The notes beneath the pieces are model-generated. The model was not told the origin of the DNA. It made no database searches and was given only the letters and a program-made list of their open reading frames with translations. From assembly GCA_041650915.1 (NCBI GenBank), contig JBAZKE010000003.1, positions 85,226-149,225 on the forward strand: a DNA stretch of 64,000 nucleotides, written 5' to 3'. Source of the stretch: Patescibacteria group bacterium. GTDB lineage: Bacteria; Patescibacteriota; Patescibacteriia; UBA10025; JAHIVO01. The position numbers and the translations under genes are program-made. Shown here piece after piece: positions 59,721 to 64,000 of the stretch (positions within the stretch are counted from its first letter, which is position 1; every line of letters begins with the position of its first letter).

Positions 59721-60326
59721 CTACATCACCTGCCTGCCCTTGAGTGCGCTCGATACCGTTACCTCATCGGCATACTCAATTGCGGAGCCCATCGGCAGCC
59801 CGCGCGCCAGCCGCGTGGTTTTTACCCCGAGCTCCTTGAGCTTGCGGGCAAGGTACATCGCGGTCGATTCGCCTTCGAGGTCCGGATTGGTTGCGATGAT
59901 CACTTCGCTGGCTTTCGGCCGTGCACTGCGTACTCGCTCCAAGAGCGCGCCGATCGTAAGCTTGTCCGGTGATATGTCTCTGACGGGATTCAGTACGCCG
60001 CCGAGCACGTGGTACAAACCCGAGTACTCACCGGTTTTTTCGATGACGAGAAGGTCTTGTGGCTCGGCGACGACGCAGATCATTCCCCGGTTGCGCTTCC
60101 GGTCACGGCAGATGTCACACGGGTTGCCAGTTGATACATTGAAACAGGTACTGCAAATTTTAATTTGGTCTTTGAGCGCCTGGATCGTCCCCGACAAATT
60201 TCGGATATACTCCCTATCTTGCTTGAGCAGGTGGAATACAATCCGTTCAGCGCTCTTTGGCCCGAGGTTAGGGAGATTGCTGAGCGTATCGATGAGCCGC
60301 TGTATGGATTCCGGGTACTTTGCCAT
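59721..60326 (-). CDS. recR: Recombination mediator RecR
   Basis: LPNLGPKSAER, C4 zinc finger, YHVLGG, EGESTA Toprim. Confidence 0.97.
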   Translation of the reverse strand: MAKYPESIQRLIDTLSNLPNLGPKSAERIVFHLLKQDREYIRNLSGTIQALKDQIKICSTCFNVSTGNPCDICRDRKRNRGMICVVAEPQDLLVIEKTGEYSGLYHVLGGVLNPVRDISPDKLTIGALLERVRSARPKASEVIIATNPDLEGESTAMYLARKLKELGVKTTRLARGLPMGSAIEYADEVTVSSALKGRQVM

Positions 60327-60329
60327 AGA

Positions 60330-60626
60330 TTATGTGCCTGGGATTCCGAGTCCGCTCATGCCCTGCATTTTTTGGGCCATGACCCGCTGTGCTTTTTTAA
60401 TCGCATCGTTCGCCGCTTCGGCTATGTGTTTTTGGAGGTCTTCTTTCGACCCTTCATTCAGGAGCGTTGGCTCAACTTCGACGGCGAGCACTTCCTGGTT
60501 GCCATTCATGACGATCGTGACCTTGCCGTGCCCTCCTTCGCCCGATACCGACTCTTGTGCGAGCACCGCCCTGATCTGCTGCGCTTGGTCCCGCAGCTCT
60601 TTGAGCTGCTTTATTTTATCGAACAT
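60330..60626 (-). CDS. ybaB: YbaB/EbfC nucleoid-associated protein
   Basis: GHGKVTIVMNG, AANDA; directly upstream of recR. Confidence 0.9.
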   Translation of the reverse strand: MFDKIKQLKELRDQAQQIRAVLAQESVSGEGGHGKVTIVMNGNQEVLAVEVEPTLLNEGSKEDLQKHIAEAANDAIKKAQRVMAQKMQGMSGLGIPGT

Positions 60627-60638
60627 ACATTGAATGCA

Positions 60639-62012
60639 TTATGCCGTATTAAACTCAGTCGAATGTTCCTGTATGCGGCGTTCGAGGTTGCGGAAGCTTA
60701 CCTTGTTTTCGTCGAAGTAGAGCTGAATGACGCCGGTAGGGCCGTTCCTGTGCTTGGCGACATGTATTTCAGTGACGTTTTTCTGTTCCGGATCGAGGTC
60801 TTTTTTATAAATCGATTCACGGTAAATGAACATGACAACGTCGGCGTCCTGTTCGATCGAACCGGATTCGCGCAGGTCTGCGAGCTTCGGGATCGGCGGG
60901 GTCCGCGATTCGACGGCGCGTGAGAGCTGCGACAGTGCGAGAACGGGTATGTTGAGTTCACGCGCTATGCCCTTGAGGGAGCGGGTGATCTGGCTGATTT
61001 CCTGCACGCGGTTTTCGGTCCGCATGTCGCCCTGCATGAGCTGAAGGTAGTCGAGGACGATGAGCCCGAGGTTGTGCTCGGACTGGAGGCGCCGAGCCTT
61101 GGTGCGTATCTGCATGATGTTGACGAGGGGGGAATCGTCGATGTAGATCGGGGCTTCCGAGAGGATTCCCATCGCGTGGCCGATATTCGTAAAGTCGGTA
61201 TCTTCCGAAAGCTTGCCCGTCTTCATTTTCCAGAGGTCAACGTTCGCCTGGCCGCAGAGGAGCCGGTCGACGAGCTGTTCTTTGGACATTTCGAGGCTGA
61301 AGAGGCCGACGGGAATTTTATTTTCGACCGCCACCTGGCGGACGATGTCGAGTGCGAGCGACGTCTTGCCGACGGACGGGCGCGCAGCAAGGATAATGAG
61401 GTCTGATTTTTGGAGTCCCGCAAGCAAGTGGTCGATTTCGGTAAATCCGGTCGGTATGCCGCGGAGCTTGCCTGAATCGCGGTGCAGCTCATCGATACGG
61501 TCGAACGCTTCCGTGAGGATTGACCGTATCGGGATGAAGTTCTGCTTGAGGTATTTCTGCGATACGCCGAAGAGGCTCTGTTCGGCCTGGTCGAGGAGCT
61601 CTTCCACGTTGTCCGTTTCCTGGTAGCCGAGGCTCGTGATTTCAGAAGCTACTTCGAGCATTCTGCGGAGAGTCGCTTTTTTCTGTACGATTTCTGCGTA
61701 GCTTACCACGTGTGAGGATGTGGGGACCGCATTGGCGAGGTTTGCGAGTTGGCTCCTCCCGCCAATTGTTTCGAGCTGGCCCTTTTCGGCGAGGCGGTTT
61801 GACAGCGAGACGACGTCGATCGGTTCGCGGTGCTCATACAGCTCGACCATCGCCTCAAAGATCATGCCGTTCGTATCCTTGTAGAAATCGTCCGGCTGTA
61901 TGATATCCGCGATTTTCGTAATCGCATCTTTGTCAATGAGAAGAGAGCCGAGTACGGACTGCTCAGCCTCGAGGTTCTGTGGCGGTAATTTCGTTACGTC
62001 GTCTGCTACCAC
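60639..62012 (-). CDS. dnaB: Replicative DNA helicase
   Basis: PPQNLEAEQSVLG, AARPSVGKT, DYLQL, LRESGSIEQDAD; no intein. Confidence 0.98.
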   Translation of the reverse strand: MVADDVTKLPPQNLEAEQSVLGSLLIDKDAITKIADIIQPDDFYKDTNGMIFEAMVELYEHREPIDVVSLSNRLAEKGQLETIGGRSQLANLANAVPTSSHVVSYAEIVQKKATLRRMLEVASEITSLGYQETDNVEELLDQAEQSLFGVSQKYLKQNFIPIRSILTEAFDRIDELHRDSGKLRGIPTGFTEIDHLLAGLQKSDLIILAARPSVGKTSLALDIVRQVAVENKIPVGLFSLEMSKEQLVDRLLCGQANVDLWKMKTGKLSEDTDFTNIGHAMGILSEAPIYIDDSPLVNIMQIRTKARRLQSEHNLGLIVLDYLQLMQGDMRTENRVQEISQITRSLKGIARELNIPVLALSQLSRAVESRTPPIPKLADLRESGSIEQDADVVMFIYRESIYKKDLDPEQKNVTEIHVAKHRNGPTGVIQLYFDENKVSFRNLERRIQEHSTEFNTA

Positions 62013-62230
62013 GGGTGTTGCCGTTCGAATAAAGTGTATACATCTTAACGCTCACATAGGATAAAAGCAAGCCTCCGGCTGTGCAGGTTCTATGCACATA
62101 TTTTCCACGTTTTTTTACTCATCACCCGCGCTTCCGCGCCTTGACAAATGCCCCCAATCGTACTACGATGACCTGCCAAACGTGCAAGTATGCAGATTAA
62201 AATAAACACTGAAACTGGAGGTAAAGCAGA

Positions 62231-62497
62231 ATGGCAATGAATCGTACGGGTATCGCTGTGACAGGCGAAGTGCTGAAGATTACGGACGAGAATCCATACT
62301 ACTATGTTATTAAAGGAGGGTGGAGCGTCTGGACAGCTCTTCACAAACGCGATACCGCTGGTTTGTGCGCTATGGGCACAGCGGCTCAAAAAGGCAGGTA
62401 CTATTTGTACTTCACTCTCGGAAAGCCTAGTATAGAGGCTTTCGAAGAGTTGCTGCGCGACCTCATGGCAAAGGTTGAAGAGGTCAGCGCGAGATAG
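62231..62497 (+). CDS. Hypothetical protein
   Basis: GGAGG SD, TTGACA at 62141, terminator at about 62520-62574. Confidence 0.65.
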   Translation: MAMNRTGIAVTGEVLKITDENPYYYVIKGGWSVWTALHKRDTAGLCAMGTAAQKGRYYLYFTLGKPSIEAFEELLRDLMAKVEEVSAR

Positions 62498-62590
62498 TAC
62501 GCACTGCGTACCTGTTTCCAGGCCTGCTCGTTATTCAGACACTATGCTGAATTTTGAGCAGGCTTTTCTTTTTTATGAGAGGCACATAGC

Positions 62591-62618
62591 TTGACAACAG
62601 ACTGATATTTGGTAGTAT
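62591..62618 (+). promoter_or_regulatory. Sigma70 promoter of the tRNA-Lys/GIY-YIG array
   Basis: TTGACA N16 (TGG)TAGTAT, extended -10. Confidence 0.65.
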
Positions 62619-62648
62619 GCAATGTAGTTTCGTTATATGTTTGTGCGC

Positions 62649-62708
62649 GGGTCGTTAGCTCAGTTGGTAGAGCACTCCGCTCTCAGAAGAGCGGAGGTGT
62701 CACAGGTT
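62649..62708 (+). pseudogene. Pseudo-tRNA-Lys copy 1 (anticodon arm replaced, 3' end missing)
   Basis: Identical to tRNA-Lys nt 1-26 and to GTGTCACAGGTT; arm is CTCCGCTCT-CAGA-AGAGCGGAG. Confidence 0.9.
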
Positions 62709-62717
62709 TCAGAGTAT

Positions 62718-62972
62718 ATGTACTGGGTATACATACTAGAGAGTTTGAAAGATTACGGTTATTATACGGGTAGTACGAGCAACCTTGATGACCGCTTAGA
62801 GCGCCATTACAGTGGCAGGTCAAAAGCCACGAAAGCTAGATTACCTCTCGAACTCGTCTATAAGAAAGGTTTTCAGAAGAAGAGTGAAGCCTTAAGATTC
62901 GAGCGTTACATTAAGAGGCGTAAGAGTAAGCAGTATATTGCACATTTGATAAGAGACCACGCGGGTCGTTAG
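62718..62972 (+). CDS. Small GIY-YIG nuclease family protein, 84 aa
   Basis: YWVYIL, YYTGST, RLERH, SEALRFERYIK. Confidence 0.93.
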   Translation: MYWVYILESLKDYGYYTGSTSNLDDRLERHYSGRSKATKARLPLELVYKKGFQKKSEALRFERYIKRRKSKQYIAHLIRDHAGR

Positions 62973-63022
62973 CTCAGTTGGTAGAGCACTCCGCTCTCAG
63001 AAGAGCGGAGGTGTCACAGGTT
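62963..63022 (+). pseudogene. Pseudo-tRNA-Lys copy 2
   Basis: Identical to copy 1. Confidence 0.9.
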
Positions 63023-63031
63023 TCAGAGTAT

Positions 63032-63074
63032 ATGTACTGGGTATATATATTGAACGTTTAATAAGAGACCACGC
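63032..63074 (+). pseudogene. Internally deleted GIY-YIG gene remnant
   Basis: ATGTACTGGGTATA joined to TATATTGAACGTTTAATAAGAGACCAC, the two ends of the full gene. Confidence 0.85.
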
Positions 63075-63147
63075 GGGTCGTTAGCTCAGTTGGTAGAGCA
63101 CCTGCCTTTTAAGCAGGGTGTCACAGGTTCGAGACCTGTACGACCCA
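63075..63147 (+). tRNA. tRNA-Lys(TTT), CCA not encoded
   Basis: GGGTCGT/ACGACCC acceptor, CCTGC-CTTTTAA-GCAGG anticodon arm, GGTTCGAGACC T arm. Confidence 0.97.
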
Positions 63148-63150
63148 ATG

Positions 63151-63190
63151 CAAAGACGCTTTATTATCCAATAAGGCGTTTTTGTTGTTA
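63151..63190 (+). terminator. Terminator after tRNA-Lys
   Basis: AAGACGCTTTATT-ATCC-AATAAGGCGTTTT plus T-rich tail. Confidence 0.75.
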
Positions 63191-63334
63191 TATGTTTTTT
63201 TGAGCAGTCTCGAAGGGCAGGAGCGACCCTGAGCGAAGCCGAAGGAGAGCGCCGACGGATGCGACCGAGGCAATCGTATGAAAAAAAAGGGACTGCCTCA
63301 GGGCAGTCCATTGTCGGGTGGAGCGCAGTGCGGA

Positions 63335-63538
63335 TTAGCATTGCACTCCGAATCCGTCGACTCTCGGCGGAATATGATTGCCGTTACCAATATTCCTGGC
63401 AATACTGCTAACCCCTTTGCCGCGACGGGTCGGCCAGCCACCGTTCGGATCTTTGTCCGGGTTGACATCAGGTTCCGGGTACTGACCTGCCCTGAAGCGG
63501 TTGAGCGCTTCCTGGTGAGCCTTGGTTTTAGGATCCAT
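63335..63538 (-). CDS. Hypothetical protein, 67 aa
   Basis: GAGG SD, terminator GGACTGCC..GGCAGTCC plus T-run at about 63281-63308. Confidence 0.6.
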   Translation of the reverse strand: MDPKTKAHQEALNRFRAGQYPEPDVNPDKDPNGGWPTRRGKGVSSIARNIGNGNHIPPRVDGFGVQC

Positions 63539-63692
63539 TTTGTATACCTCTTCGTAAAAAAGGGTTTATTGTCTGTTTTTCATACCATATCATACGGAAA
63601 AAACACGGTCAAGCGCATTTTTTAATGTTGTTTGGCAACAATGCTTTTTTTTGGTATACTGCAGGAGAATTATTCATTACCTAATTAAACGT

Positions 63693-63782
63693 ATGGACAT
63701 GAACGGCGGCCAATTTCTCGTGCTCCTTCTCTTGCTGATTTTTGGTGCGTTTTTTTACTTCTATACTAAAAAACAGTTTTGA
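63693..63782 (+). CDS. Small membrane protein, 29 aa (not in ORF track)
   Basis: MDMNGGQFLVLLLLLIFGAFFYFYTKKQF; TGGTATACT upstream. Confidence 0.45.
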   Translation: MDMNGGQFLVLLLLLIFGAFFYFYTKKQF

Positions 63783-63885
63783 GATGCTGTTAAGCCTCCA
63801 CCGTTGACACATGGCGGCAGGGGTGCTACGATTGGGTAATTCATCAATAATTTAAAATAATTAAAAAAGCATTTTATCTCCGCGT

Positions 63886-64000
63886 ATGAACAAAAAATTT
63901 TTCGTTGCGGTTTTAGTAATCGGCATGATCGCCCTGCCGCTCTCTGCCGCTGCGCAGGTAGAGGTAGGCGAGTACGGGACATCATTTGGGCTCGGTACTG
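63886..64000 (+). CDS. Exported protein N-terminus, possibly TrbC/VirB2-like pilin (3' truncated by window)
   Basis: MNKKFFVAVLVIGMIALPLSAAAQ signal peptide then ...FGLGT. Confidence 0.5.
   Translation, partial: MNKKFFVAVLVIGMIALPLSAAAQVEVGEYGTSFGLGT

Larger units (their letters stand above)
62646..63074 (+). mobile_element. Candidate tRNA-associated GIY-YIG element, two tandem units
   Basis: Direct repeats of tRNA 5' sequence bracket one full and one deleted GIY-YIG gene. Confidence 0.6.

Noticed and set aside
60639-62012. Possible intein or intron in dnaB, or in ligA, fusA and tuf
   Set aside because: All have normal lengths and continuous motifs.
62637-62717. 111-aa version of the GIY-YIG ORF starting at 62637
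   Set aside because: The extra 27 codons are translated pseudo-tRNA and the family motif starts at ATG 62718. An upstream start is not fully excluded.
62646-63104. Three 30-bp direct repeats read as a CRISPR array
   Set aside because: The repeats are tRNA-Lys sequence, the periods are unequal (314 and 112 bp), the intervening DNA is homologous, and no cas genes are present.
62649-63147. Intron-containing or split tRNA interpretation
   Set aside because: An intact tRNA-Lys is present, no group I/II core or bulge-helix-bulge is evident, and the copies carry a replaced anticodon arm.

Overview
This window looks like a Patescibacteria (CPR) chromosome using genetic code 11. That is an inference from the missing rpmD between rpsE and rplO, core genes largely without Shine-Dalgarno sites, extended ribosomal proteins, tRNAs without encoded CCA and a large type IV pilus locus. 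From left to right it holds: a type IV pilus cluster with embedded glycosylation genes; ligA, gatC, gatA and ndk; orphan small genes; tRNA-Pro; a pentose-phosphate/upper-glycolysis cluster (rpiB, rpe, tkt, an inserted Fic gene, a PPi-type PFK, class I aldolase); accessory genes; rpmB; the str-S10-spc ribosomal superoperon ending in secY, a double-kinase adk fusion and map; recR, ybaB and dnaB; and tRNA-Lys. The most striking feature is at 62646-63147, a tandem array of tRNA-Lys 5' copies whose anticodon arm is replaced by a 9-bp hairpin. Each copy leads into a small GIY-YIG nuclease gene (one intact, one internally deleted), and the array ends in the intact tRNA-Lys. It is a candidate tRNA-targeting GIY-YIG element. 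Other highlights are a tRNA-Pro enclosed in a perfect 14-bp inverted repeat, three unannotated structured RNA candidates, a 42-aa protamine-like protein, a presenilin-like protease and apparent leaderless genes. All calls come from reading the sequence by eye; no searches or folding programs were run.
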